Assembly (NCBI GenBank): GCA_963765135.1
Contig: CAVXUX010000007.1
Span: 292,931-356,930 of the forward strand
Source: an uncultured Thermoleophilaceae bacterium
Lineage (GTDB): Bacteria > Actinomycetota > Thermoleophilia > Solirubrobacterales > Thermoleophilaceae
Length of the DNA: 64,000 nucleotides
Direction: 5' to 3'
Numbering within the stretch: the first letter of the stretch is position 1; each line of letters opens with the position of its first letter. Of this stretch, positions 7,018 through 17,080 are shown one piece after another. The position numbers were made by a program, and so were the translations under genes. The notes beneath the pieces are model-generated. The model was not told the origin of the DNA, did no database searches, and saw only the letters and a program-made list of their open reading frames with translations.

Positions 7018-8849
7018 ATGCGCGGCCCGTCCCTGTTCTGCGCGCTCCAGCTCTCGGCCACGCGCTCGGCCGCTCGCGTGCGTGGCGCTGATCGCGTTCG
7101 CCGTCGGGCGCACCGTGCAGGCGACGGGCGCGCTCGACGGGCTCGAGCGGGCGACGCTCGAAGACCCGCTTCGACCTGCGTGGCGCGCGAGCGTCCCGAC
7201 GACGTCGTCGTGGTGGCCATCGACGCCAAGAGCTTCGACGTGCTGCGCGAGCAGTGGCCGTTCCCGCGCTCACTCCACGGCGCGCGCGATCCGCCGCCTC
7301 CACGCCGCCGGGCGCGCGCGAGATCGTCTACGACGTCCAGTTCACAGAGCCGACCGAGCCGCGCGAGGATCTCGCGCTCTATCGTGCGATCGAGGACGCC
7401 GGCGGCGCGGTACTCGCCACCAGCGAGAGCGATGCCCGCGGTCGCACCAACGTGCTCGGGGGCGACGCCAACCTCCGCCGCGCGAACGCTCGCGCCGCGG
7501 CGTCGGACCTCACAACGACGCCGCCGGGGCTGGTGACCCGCGTGCCGCGCAGCGTCGAGCGGGCTCGAGCACGATGGCCGTGGTCGGTCGCGGCGCGTCG
7601 CGCGGGCGTCCCGACCGCTGCCCGCCGAGCGCGTTCGCCGACGGCGGCGCCTGGATCGACTACCGCGGTCCGCCCGGCACCATCCGCACGGTCTCGTTCT
7701 CCGACGTCGTGCGCGGCCGCTTCGACGCCCGGCACGTTCCGCGGACCGGATCGCGGTCGTGGGAGCCTCGGCGCCGACGCCTGCGCGACGTGCATGCGAC
7801 GCCCGTCGGGCGGCGGCGAGCCGATGGCCGGGCGCCGAGGTCCAGGCGAACGCGATCTGGACAGCCTCCACGGCGTTCCCGCTCCGCAGCGCCCCGCCGG
7901 TGGTCGCGTTCCTGCTGCTGATCGCGCTGATGGCGCTGGTCGCGCCGCTTGCTCGGCCTGCGCTTCGCCGCGCCCTGCCGGCGGGCTCGCGGTGTCCGCG
8001 TGGCCGGGTTGTTCCTGGTCGCCGCGCAGCTCGCTTTCGACGCCGGCCGGGTCGATCGTTCCCGTCGTCCCGGCGCTCGGCGCGCTCGATCGTCGGCAGG
8101 CGTCGGCACGATCGCCTGGAGCCAGCTCGCCGAGAGTCGCGCGCGCCGCGCGGTGACGCGTGACAACGTGGTGCTCGAGCGGCGCGTCCGCGAGCGCACG
8201 GCCGAGCTGTGGCAGACCCAAATCGAGGTCCTACAGCGCCTCGGGGTGGCGGTCGAGTGGCGCGACGCCGAGACGGGGCTGCACATCGAGCGCATCGGCC
8301 ACTTCTGCGAGCGACTCGCGCTCGAGGTCGGTATGCCGCCGGCGGAAGCCGAGCTGCTCCGCCACGCGAGTGCGCTGCACGACGTCGGCAAGGTCGGCAT
8401 CCCCGACGAGATCCTCACCAAGCCCGGCCCGCTCGACGCCGACGAGTGGACCACGATGAAGACCCACACCTCGATTGGCGGCGACATCCTGTCCGGCTCC
8501 AGCTCCGCCGCTCGTGCAGCTCTCGCAGACGATCGCGCTCACGCACCACGAGCACTGGGACGGCGGCGGGTACCCGCTCGGGCTGCGCGGCGAGCAGATC
8601 CCGCTGCCCGGTCGCATCTGCGCCGTCTGCGACGTGTTCGACGCGCTCCTCTCCGTCCGCCCCTACAAGGAGGCGTGGCCGTTCGAGCGCGCGATTGCCG
8701 AGATCGATCAGATGGCCGGCGCGCAGCTCGACCCGGCCCTCGTGCGGGCCTTCCTGCCGATCGCCCGCGAGCTCCACGATGACTGGTTCCCTCCCGAGGA
8801 CGGTGCTCCGCGGGAGCGCCGGGCGGCCCGGGCCCTCAGCGCCTCCTAG
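7018..8849 (+). pseudogene. CHASE2 sensor / HD-GYP phosphodiesterase, reading frame broken at least 8 times in the sensor half
   Basis: CHASE2-like pieces occur in all three frames (DVVVVAIDAKSFDVLREQWPFPRSLH; AREIVYDVQFTEPTEPREDLALYRAIEDAGGAVLATSE; WIDYRGPPGTIRTVSFSDVV). The C-terminal HD-GYP domain is mostly in frame 7949..8782 (HIERIGHFCERLA, LLRHASALHDVGKVGIPDEIL) and finishes in frame 8475..8849 (ALTHHEHWDGGGYP, ICAVCDVFDAL). Confidence 0.7.
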
Positions 8850-9481
8850 GCGCTTCTCACGGCGATCCCGCGCAGCACGTGCGCCACGCGGTCGCAGGCG
8901 TCGATGCCCTCCTCGACCCGCTCGAAGATGTCCTTCCAGCGGATCACGACCATCGGGTCGACGCCGCCCTCGAACAGGGCGGTCAGGCCTTCGCGCAGCA
9001 GGCGGTCGCCCTCGTTCTCGAGCCGCTTGATCTCGACCAGGTGGGGGGTCGCCTCGCGCAGGTCGCCCAGCGTTCCGAGCGCGGCCGCCACCTCGCGGCC
9101 GCAGGCGGCGAGCGTGTCGGTCAGCGCGATCGCCTGGTCCATCGGGGCGTCGACGCGGTACAGCCCGAGGAAGTCCGAGGCCTCCTCGGCGTAATCGACG
9201 ATGTCGTCCAGACCCGAGGCGAGCGCCAGCACGTCGCTGCGCTCGAAGGGCACGGTTGGCCGAGAGTGCAGATGGTGGTAGATGTCGTGGGTGACCGCGT
9301 CGTTCTCGTGCTCGAGGTCGACCAGCTCGACGCGCTTCTCGCGCCCGTCGGGCCAGGTCCGCATCAGCTGGCTCAGCAGCGCCGCCGCGAGCTCGACATT
9401 GCGCCCGGCCTGCACCAGCAGGCCGTTGAGCTCCGCGTAGTCCGGTGCCCGACCCACTAGCTTGGCGAGCGAGCCTGCCAT
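8846..9481 (-). CDS. DUF47 / PhoU-like (TIGR00153-type) protein
   Basis: Intact 211-aa ORF with the four-helix-bundle pattern (ENDAVTHDIYHHLH, LDDIVDYAEEA, ENEGDRLLREGLTALF, WKDIFERVEEGIDACDRVA). A TACCGT box lies 6 nt upstream of the ATG. No adjacent pit gene. Confidence 0.8.
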   Translation of the reverse strand: MAGSLAKLVGRAPDYAELNGLLVQAGRNVELAAALLSQLMRTWPDGREKRVELVDLEHENDAVTHDIYHHLHSRPTVPFERSDVLALASGLDDIVDYAEEASDFLGLYRVDAPMDQAIALTDTLAACGREVAAALGTLGDLREATPHLVEIKRLENEGDRLLREGLTALFEGGVDPMVVIRWKDIFERVEEGIDACDRVAHVLRGIAVRSA

Positions 9482-9532
9482 GTGGCCACGGTAGTCAGCA
9501 AATCCCCTGCTCTCGTGACGAATTGGTGAAGC

Positions 9533-10708
9533 TCACATGCTGTCCTCGCCGTACCGGATCCGGTGCCGGGCCTCGCGGAAGTGGATGGCCTCGTAGGCGA
9601 TCACGGTCGACGTCAGCGCTGCCGCCAGCGCGAGCGCGACCAGGGCGTCGACCTCGACCGCGACCGCGATCAGCGCGAGCGAGACGATCAACGCGGTCAG
9701 GCGCACCCGGTTGATCGTGCCGAGGTTGCGCAGGCGGAAGCCGACATGCCCGCCGTAGTAGAGCGCGATCCCACCGAACAGGGCCACGGCGGGCACCGTA
9801 TCGAGCGGCTCGTCGACGTGCGCGATCGTCTTCTTCACGCCCAGCGCGACCAGCACGATCCCCGCGATCATCGGCAGGTGCAGGTAGCTGTACGAGTCGC
9901 GCGCGATGCGCACGCGCAGCTCCGCGGGCATGCGCCGGAAGCGCCGCTCGGAGACCACCGCGACGACGTCGAAGTACGCCCACCACAGCGCGCACGCCAC
10001 GATCAGCCCGAGGATGGCGGCCACGAGCACGCCGGCGTCGAGCTCGCCCGTGACGCCGGCTCCGATCGCGACGATCGACTCGCCGAGCGCGATGATCACG
10101 ATCAGCGAGAAGCGCTCGGCGAAGTGGCCGGGCGAGACGCGGAAGCCGCGGACGCCGAACACGTACGGCCCGGCGAGGTCGATGCTCAGCGCGACGATCC
10201 AGAGCGCGGCCCGCAGCGTGCCGTCGTCCACCAGCCCGGCGGCGATCAGCAGCGCGGGCGCCGGCAGCGCGGTGCGCGACAGGCGCACGATCGCCTGGCC
10301 GGTGTCCACGTCGTCGTTCGCCTCAGCCCAGATGAAGATGTGCAGCCAGCGCGCGGCGGCGTAGGCGAGGCCGAACAGCAGGGCGTCTTCTCCGAACGCG
10401 TGCGGCACGGCGAGTGCCGCGAGCAGGAACGCTCCCATCGAGGCGAACATGAGCAGGCGTTCGACGCCCTCGTCGGCCGCGATGTAGTTGGTCAGCCAGG
10501 CGTAGGCGCCCCACGCCCACCAGAGCGCGACCATGACGAGCATCCCCTGGCCGAGTCCCTCCCAGGTGGGGTGCTCCGACATCAGCTCCGTCACCTGGGT
10601 CAGTGCGAACACGAAGACGAGGTCGAAGAACAGCTCGAGCGGCGCGACCCGCTTCTCGCTGTCGTCCAGCTGACCCTCCCGAACGGGCGTGCTCTCGGCG
10701 ACGCTCAT
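9533..10708 (-). CDS. low-temperature-requirement A (LtrA)-family membrane protein
   Basis: This is the C-terminal 391 codons of the 1414-aa track ORF, starting at ATG 10708 (MSVAESTP...). APLELFFDLVFVFALTQ and about 10 predicted TM helices are typical of LtrA. The rest of the giant ORF is antisense to real genes. Confidence 0.82.
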   Translation of the reverse strand: MSVAESTPVREGQLDDSEKRVAPLELFFDLVFVFALTQVTELMSEHPTWEGLGQGMLVMVALWWAWGAYAWLTNYIAADEGVERLLMFASMGAFLLAALAVPHAFGEDALLFGLAYAAARWLHIFIWAEANDDVDTGQAIVRLSRTALPAPALLIAAGLVDDGTLRAALWIVALSIDLAGPYVFGVRGFRVSPGHFAERFSLIVIIALGESIVAIGAGVTGELDAGVLVAAILGLIVACALWWAYFDVVAVVSERRFRRMPAELRVRIARDSYSYLHLPMIAGIVLVALGVKKTIAHVDEPLDTVPAVALFGGIALYYGGHVGFRLRNLGTINRVRLTALIVSLALIAVAVEVDALVALALAAALTSTVIAYEAIHFREARHRIRYGEDSM

Positions 10709-10734
10709 CTCGGCGCCTAACTTAAGCAGCCGGT

Positions 10735-11586
10735 CTAGGGAAGGCAGAGCCAGCGCAGCGCGCCGTTCAGCACGTCGGCGCGCTCCCACTGGAGGAAGTG
10801 CCCGGCGCCTTGCACGACGAACGTGCCGGCGCGGTTCGGGAACGCCGCCTCCATGCGCTGCGGGAAGTCGGGCATGATCACGTGGTCCTCGGGGCCGTAC
10901 AGGATCAGCGTGGGTGTGGGGTTGGTCTCGAGCAGGCGCGGCGGCTCGGGCGCCTGACGCGGCCCGCCCGCGTACTCGTAGTTCGCGATCGACGCGCGAA
11001 ACCGGTCCGCGTCGGCGAACGGCTCGGTCATGCGGTCCACGTCCTCGCGCGCGAACGACCCGGGGGCGGCCCAGAAGCGCGAGCCGTAGAAGCTCGCGAT
11101 GTAGCGGCGCCGCTTGTCCGGCGTGTCGAGCTCGGCGGCGAGGCCGTCGGCGTCCTTCGACTGGCGGATGAAGTAGTCCGCGGCCATGCGCGTCGAGCGC
11201 GGCACCGGCGGCGGCCCGCCCTCGAGCAGTGGCGGGATCGTGTTGAACAGGCAGAGCCGCTCGACCAGCCCGTCGAAGCGCAGCGACAGGTCCTGCGCGA
11301 CCACGCCGCCGAGGTCGCCGGCGCAGACCACGATCCGCTCGTGCCCGAGTCCGCGGGCCAGCTCGGCCACGTCGGACGAGTGGGCCGCGACGTCGTAGCG
11401 GTCGTCCGGCGCGAGCGGCGAGTCGCCGAACCCGCGCAGGTCGGGGGCGATCACCTCGAAGCCGGCGGCGGCGAGCGGCTCGACGTTGCGCTCCCAGATC
11501 CGGCGCGTCTCGGGCCACCCGTGGAGCAGCAGCAGTGGCTTGCCGCCCTGCCCGGCGTGGTCGTACGCGAGCCCGCTCGAAGGCAC
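10735..11586 (-). CDS. alpha/beta-fold hydrolase (epoxide-hydrolase/haloalkane-dehalogenase-like)
   Basis: Intact 283-aa ORF with LLLLHGWPETRRIW, APDLRGFGDS and a C-terminal GAGHFLQWE. TAAGTT lies 6 nt upstream of the GTG start. Confidence 0.82.
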   Translation of the reverse strand: MPSSGLAYDHAGQGGKPLLLLHGWPETRRIWERNVEPLAAAGFEVIAPDLRGFGDSPLAPDDRYDVAAHSSDVAELARGLGHERIVVCAGDLGGVVAQDLSLRFDGLVERLCLFNTIPPLLEGGPPPVPRSTRMAADYFIRQSKDADGLAAELDTPDKRRRYIASFYGSRFWAAPGSFAREDVDRMTEPFADADRFRASIANYEYAGGPRQAPEPPRLLETNPTPTLILYGPEDHVIMPDFPQRMEAAFPNRAGTFVVQGAGHFLQWERADVLNGALRWLCLP

Positions 11587-11626
11587 TTGCGCAACTTACA
11601 GCTGGACGCTGGGTTAGCGTCGGCGA

Positions 11627-13820
11627 ATGCGCGTCCTGGCCCTCACCGTTTCGCTTCTCCTCGCGACGCTCGCGCTTCCCGCCTCCGCCCCGGCAGCCGT
11701 CTCGGCCGGAGGCACCGGGTGGGTGTGGGCCAATCCGCTGCCCCAGGGCGGTGACCTCGACGCGATCGCCTTTTCCGGCGCACGCGGCATCGCCGCCGGC
11801 GCCGATGGCCTGATCCTGCGCACCGAGGACGCCGGCGCCAACTGGTCGGCGGTCGCCTCCGGGACCGAGGCGGACCTCACCGAGGTTGCGATTCCCGACT
11901 CCAACACCGTCTACGTCGGCGGCGGCTGCGTGCTGCGGCGCAGCACCGACGGCGGAGCGACGTTCACGCGCGTGCGGTTCGCGGTGCGCGAGACGAAGTG
12001 CTCCAGCAAGCTCGCCCAGCTGGCGTTCCCGACCCCGTCGCTGGGCTACCTGATCCTCACCGACGGGAAGGTGCTGCGCACCACCAACGGCGGGCGCAGC
12101 TTCGCCCGGCGCGCGACGCTGAACATCGGCAGCTCGGTGCCCCAGGGCGGCGCGGCCGATGCCGTCTTCACGAGCGAGACGACCGGGCTGATCAGCACCG
12201 GCCTCAACACCCCCACGTTCCTGCGCACCGAGGACGGCGGCCAGACGTGGACGCCGATCACGCCGGTCGACGGCACCGGCGCACCGAGCCTTGCGAGGGT
12301 GCGCGGCGTGAAGTTCGTGACGCCGCTGCTCGGCTACGCCGTGAGCAACGCCGGCGGGCCAACCCCGATGGCCAAGACCGAGGACGGCGGGCTGACCTGG
12401 ACGTCGCTTCCGTTGACCGGCGCCACCGGCGTCCCGCGCGCCATCGACTGCGCTGACGCCAACACCTGCGTGATCCTCGCTGGCCAGCTCCCCGACGGCC
12501 CCGGGGACCGGGTGATCTGGACCTCCGACGGCGGCGCGACCGGCACGACGATCACGCCCACGGCCAGCCTCGCGGCGCTCGCGTTCAGCTCGGCGACCCG
12601 CGTCGTCGGGGTCGGCGACGGCGGCGCGACGCTCGCCAGCGACGACGCCGGCCATACGTTCGCGCGGGTCGGCGGCGTGCTGCCCGGCGAGTTCACCGGC
12701 CTGCGCCGGGCCGGCGCCAACACCGTCTTCGCGTTCGCCACCGACGGCATCCTGGCGCGCAGCACCGACCGCGGGCTCAGCTGGACGGCGATCGGCACGG
12801 CTCCGGTGGGCGGGCTCGTCGACCTGTCGTTCGTGAGCGACACGGTCGGCTACATCCTGGCGTCGGGCGGCGCGCTCGAGCGGACCGACGACAGCGGCGC
12901 GAGCTGGAGCGTCGTGGGCGCGCAGCCGACCGGGGCGCGCGGCCTGTTCGCCACCGGCGTCGACACGCTGCTGGTGGCCGGCGCTGGCGGCGTGATGCGC
13001 TCCGTCGACGGCGGCGCCACGTTCGCGGCGGCCGCGGGTGCGAGCCGGCCCGTGCGGGCGTTCGACCGCGCCGGGAAGGCGCTGGTCGCCTACGGCGCCC
13101 GGAACCTGTTCGTGTCGACCGACGGCGGGGCTCGCTGGCGCGCTCTCCGACGCCCGGGGGGCGACCTGATGGTCTCGGCCGACTTCGTCAGCGCGAAGGT
13201 CGGCTTCGTGGTCCGCGACGACGGCGAGGCGCTGTCCACGACCAATGGCGGCCGCTCGTGGAGGCTGGTGGCGGGCGCCGGACGCGACGACCTGACGCAG
13301 GTCTCGTTCGGCGACCGGCGCCACGGCTACCTGCTGCTCGGCTCGGAGTCCGACTCTGGGCGGCGTGCTTCGCACCTCCGACGGGGGCCGTAGCTGGCGC
13401 CCGCAGGTGATCGGCAAGCGGTCGCTGGCGGAGGTGGTCGCGCTCGGTACGAGCGGCGGCGTGACTCTGAGCGACGGGCTGGGGCAGCTGTTCGCCACCG
13501 GCACCGGCGGCGACGCCGGCGCGCGCTCGAAGCTGACGCTGCGGGTGCTGTCCAAGCGCCGCAAGGCGGGCCGGGCGATCGTCACCGTGGGCGGGCGGCT
13601 CAAGCCCGCGCCCGCCGGCGCCGGCGTCTCGGTGACCGCGCGCATCGGCGGCAGCTGGGTTCGCAAGTTCGCCGCGGTGAGCGCCAACGGACGGTTCCGC
13701 ACGACCTGGAAGCTGCGCCGCGGGACGGTCTTCGTCGCCCAGTGGCGCGGGTCGGCCGGCGTGCAGGCGGACGGCACGGTGCCGCTCGCGGTCGGGCTCA
13801 GAGGTCACCGCCACCGGTAA
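11627..13820 (+). pseudogene. secreted BNR/Asp-box repeat beta-propeller protein (Ycf48-like), one frame break near 13355-13362
   Basis: Signal peptide MRVLALTVSLLLATLALPASA. About 12 SxDxGxTW-type boxes are present (STDGGATF, TEDGGQTW, TEDGGLTW, STDRGLSW, TDDSGASW, ...). Frame 11627..13393 continues logically in frame 13365..13820 (..SESDSG / GVLRTSDGGRSWRPQV). Confidence 0.7.
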
Positions 13821-13833
13821 CCTCAGCGTCCGC

Positions 13834-16239
13834 ATGGCGGACCGCTACGACCCCAAGACGATCGAGGCCAAGTGGCAGCGCTTCTGGGCCGACGAGCGCA
13901 CCTGGGAGGTGACGAACGAGCCCGACGAGCGCCCCAAGGCGTACGTGCTCGAGATGCTCCCGTACCCCTCCGGCGAGCCCCACATCGGGCACCTGAAGAA
14001 CTACGCGCTCGGTGACGCGATCGCCCATTTCTGGCGGCGCGGCGGGCACCGCGTGCTGCACCCGATGGGCTACGACGCGTTCGGGCTCCCAGCCGAGAAC
14101 CACGCGATCAACACGGGGCAGCACCCGCGCGCATCGACCGAGGCGTCGATCGCAGAGTTCCAGCGTCAGCTGCGCAGCTGGGGCGTCTCGATCGACTGGA
14201 CGCGCGAGTTCGGCACCCACGAGCCGCGCGTCTACCGCTGGACCCAGTGGATCTTCCTGCGCCTGCTCGAGCGCGGGCTGGCCTACCGCAAGGAGGCCGC
14301 GGTCAAGTGGTGTCCCAACGACGCCACCGTGCTGGCCAACGAGCAGGTGATCGACGGGCGCTGCGAGCGCTGCGGCCACCTCGTCGAGGTCAGACAGCTG
14401 GAGCAGTGGTTCTTCCGCATCACCGACTACGCCGATCGCCTGCTCGACGACATGCAGACGATCGAGTGGCCGCGGCACGTGGTCACGATGCAGGAGAACT
14501 GGATCGGCCGCTCCGAGGGCGCCGAGGTGACCTTCCGGTGCGAGGAGCTCGGCATCGACTATCCCGTCTTCACGACGCGGCCGGACACGCTGTTCGGCGC
14601 GACCTTCTTCGTGATGGCTCCGGAGCACCCCGACGTGTTCCGGCTGAACGACTCGCCCGAGGTGCACGACTACGTCAACCGCGCGCTCAACGAGTCGGTC
14701 GAGGAGCGCGGCTCCGAGCACAAGGAGAAGACGGGGGTGGCGCTGGGCCAGACCGTTACGAACCCGGTCACCGGCGAGCAGATCCCGATGTACGTGGCCG
14801 ACTACGTGCTGCTCGAGTACGGCACCGGCGCGATCATGGCCGTGCCCGCCCATGACGAGCGCGACTTCGCCTTCGCCGAGAAGTACGGCCTCGAGATCCG
14901 GCGGGTTGTCGACTGCGGCGACCTGCCCTGCGCCGGCGAGGGAGCGCTGGTCGACTCGGGCGACTTCACCGGCATGCCCGCGTCCGAGGGCAAGGCGGCG
15001 ATCATCGACTGGCTCGAGCGCGAGGGCATCGGCCGCCGCTCGATCAACTACCGGCTGCGCGACTGGCTGCTGTCGCGCCAGCGCTACTGGGGGTGCCCGA
15101 TCCCGGTCGTCTACTGCGACGACCACGGCATCGTGGCGGTCCCCGACGACCAGCTGCCGGTCGAGCTGCCCGACGTTCAGGACTACGCGCCGAAGGGCAA
15201 GTCCCCGCTCGCGGCCGCCGAGGACTGGGTCAACACGACCTGCCCGACCTGCGGCAAGCCGGCCCGACGCGAGACCGACACGATGGACACGTTCGTCGAC
15301 TCGTCCTGGTACTTCCTGCGCTACTGCGACCCGGACAACGACGACGCGCCGTTCGACCGCGATGTCGTGGACTACTGGATGCCGGTGGACCAGTACATCG
15401 GCGGCGTGGAGCACGCGATCCTGCACCTGATGTACGCGCGCTTCTTCGTCAAGGCGCTGGCGGACATGGGGTACCTGGGCGTCCAGGAGCCGTTCGCACG
15501 GCTCTTCACCCAGGGGATGATCCTGCGCGACGGCGACAAGATGTCCAAGTCGAAGGGCAACGTCGTCTCGCCACAGTCGGTGATCGACCAGTACGGCGCG
15601 GACACGGCGCGCTGCTACATCCTCTTCCTCGGCCCACCCGGCCAGGACGCGGACTGGTCCGAGAAGGGCGTGGGCGGCGTGCAGCGCTTCCTCTCGCGGC
15701 TCTGGACCGCGGCCGCGCAGGCGCCGGCCGGGGACGCCGAGCCCGACGCGACCGCGCCGACCGACCTGCTGCGCAAGTCGCACTGGGCGATCGACAAGGT
15801 CACGCGCGACATGCAGGGTCGCTTCGCGTTCAACACGGCGATCGCGGCGGTGATGGAGCTCGTCAACGAGATCTATCGCGCGGGCAATTCGGCGCCCGCG
15901 TCACACGTGCGCTTCGCGATTGCCACGGCCGGGTCCCTGATCTTCCCCTTCGCCCCGCACCTCGGCTCCGAGGTCTACGAGCAGATGACCGGCGAGCGAG
16001 TCTGGGAGCAGCCCTGGCCGCAGGCCGATCCCGCTTTGCTGACCACCGAGGAGATCCAGCTGGTCGTGCAGCTCAACGGCAAGCTCGTCGATCGGGTGCC
16101 CGCGCCGGCCGAGGCCTCGCAGGAGCAGCTGGAGGAGATCGCGCGCGGCTCGGGCAAGCTCGCGTCGCGCCTCAACGGCAAGGAGGTCGTCAAGACCGTG
16201 GTGATCCCAGGCAAGCTGGTCAACTTCGTGGCGCGATGA
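13834..16239 (+). CDS. leuS: leucine--tRNA ligase
   Basis: Intact 801-aa ORF with HIGH (PSGEPHIGH) and KMSKS (DKMSKSKGN) signatures and Leu-RS-type editing and Zn regions. Confidence 0.97.
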   Translation: MADRYDPKTIEAKWQRFWADERTWEVTNEPDERPKAYVLEMLPYPSGEPHIGHLKNYALGDAIAHFWRRGGHRVLHPMGYDAFGLPAENHAINTGQHPRASTEASIAEFQRQLRSWGVSIDWTREFGTHEPRVYRWTQWIFLRLLERGLAYRKEAAVKWCPNDATVLANEQVIDGRCERCGHLVEVRQLEQWFFRITDYADRLLDDMQTIEWPRHVVTMQENWIGRSEGAEVTFRCEELGIDYPVFTTRPDTLFGATFFVMAPEHPDVFRLNDSPEVHDYVNRALNESVEERGSEHKEKTGVALGQTVTNPVTGEQIPMYVADYVLLEYGTGAIMAVPAHDERDFAFAEKYGLEIRRVVDCGDLPCAGEGALVDSGDFTGMPASEGKAAIIDWLEREGIGRRSINYRLRDWLLSRQRYWGCPIPVVYCDDHGIVAVPDDQLPVELPDVQDYAPKGKSPLAAAEDWVNTTCPTCGKPARRETDTMDTFVDSSWYFLRYCDPDNDDAPFDRDVVDYWMPVDQYIGGVEHAILHLMYARFFVKALADMGYLGVQEPFARLFTQGMILRDGDKMSKSKGNVVSPQSVIDQYGADTARCYILFLGPPGQDADWSEKGVGGVQRFLSRLWTAAAQAPAGDAEPDATAPTDLLRKSHWAIDKVTRDMQGRFAFNTAIAAVMELVNEIYRAGNSAPASHVRFAIATAGSLIFPFAPHLGSEVYEQMTGERVWEQPWPQADPALLTTEEIQLVVQLNGKLVDRVPAPAEASQEQLEEIARGSGKLASRLNGKEVVKTVVIPGKLVNFVAR

Positions 16240-16655
16240 ACGCCCAACCCCCACCGCGGCGGCCGCTCTCGCTCGGTCCGTTGGTCGCGTCGGTCGGCGC
16301 CGTGCTCTTGATCGTCAGCCTGTTCCTCGACTGGTACGACCAGATCACCGGCTTCACGGTGTTCGAGTTCCTCGACCTGCTGCTGGTGCTGCTCGCGCTC
16401 GCGACGATCGCTTCGCTGGCCGACAGCGTGGGCGTGTCGGTGGGGCCGAAGCCCACGCCCGGGGTCTCGCTGGCGGTCGCCATCTTCACCGTGTTCGTTG
16501 TCGCCTCGCAGGTGATCAACGACCCGCCCGCCGTGGCCGGGGGTGGGCCCGACCGGGACCTCGGCATCTGGCTCGCGCTGGGAGGATCGGTGCTGATGGT
16601 GATCGGAGCCGTGCTCGCCTACGCCCGCATTTCGCTCGCGGTGGACAAGCGCTGA
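16236..16655 (+). CDS. small integral membrane protein (about 4 TM), unknown function
   Basis: ATG 16236 overlaps the leuS stop (ATGA). The 139-aa product has hydrophobic helices (VASVGAVLLIVSLFL, LDLLLVLLALATIASL, VAIFTVFVVAS, LALGGSVLMVIGAVLAY). It lies in the tail of track ORF 15093..16655. Confidence 0.55.
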   Translation: MNAQPPPRRPLSLGPLVASVGAVLLIVSLFLDWYDQITGFTVFEFLDLLLVLLALATIASLADSVGVSVGPKPTPGVSLAVAIFTVFVVASQVINDPPAVAGGGPDRDLGIWLALGGSVLMVIGAVLAYARISLAVDKR

Positions 16656-16660
16656 TCCAG

Positions 16661-17080
16661 GTGGCGGTCATCGGCCCTGGCGACGAGCCGACCGTCGCCG
16701 CGGCCGAGGTCGGCCGGCTGCTCGCCGAACAAGGCGTCACGCTGGTCTGCGGGGGCCGGGGCGGCGCCATGGAGGCGGCCTGTCGCGGCGCTAAGGAGGC
16801 CGACGGACTGACCGTCGGGATCCTGCCCGGCTCCGATCGGTCCGACGCGAACCCGTTCGTCGACATCGTGCTGCCCACCGGGCTCGGCGAGGCCCGCAAC
16901 GCCCTCGTCGTGGGGGCGGCGGACGTCGTGATCGCGATCGGAGGCGGCTACGGCACGCTCTCCGAGATCGCGCTGGCACTGAAGGCGGGCAAGCGCGTGA
17001 TCGGGCTCGGGACGTGGGAGATCGAGGGCGTGGTCGCGGCCGAGGACCCCGAAGCGGCCGTGGCGGCGGCGCTGTCCTAG
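16661..17080 (+). CDS. TIGR00725-type LOG/SLOG-fold Rossmann protein
   Basis: 139-aa ORF with VTLVCGGRGGAMEAACRGA and IAIGGGYGTLSEIALALK, the pattern of LOG-like (misnamed lysine decarboxylase) small proteins. Confidence 0.72.
   Translation: MAVIGPGDEPTVAAAEVGRLLAEQGVTLVCGGRGGAMEAACRGAKEADGLTVGILPGSDRSDANPFVDIVLPTGLGEARNALVVGAADVVIAIGGGYGTLSEIALALKAGKRVIGLGTWEIEGVVAAEDPEAAVAAALS

Noticed and set aside
9533-13777. 1414-aa ORF on the minus strand, the longest in the track
   Set aside because: Only its last 391 codons (LtrA-family protein, 9533..10708) look like a protein. The remainder is Arg/Ala/Pro/Gly-rich low-complexity sequence antisense to the well-supported hydrolase (in another frame) and the BNR propeller gene. 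It is a stop-codon-poor artefact of very high G+C.
13798-15783. Other long antisense or out-of-frame ORFs: 114..1661(-), the 5' part of 500..2371(+), 13798..15783(-), 17104..19467(-), 20662..22920(-), 20913..23312(+), 24520..26001(+), 27515..28915(-), 31832..33274(-), 45610..46485(-), 50840..53146(+) and others
   Set aside because: Each overlaps a gene with clear family motifs on the other strand or in another frame. Each translates to RGAP-rich low complexity with no recognisable motifs, which is typical shadow-ORF behaviour in GC-rich DNA.
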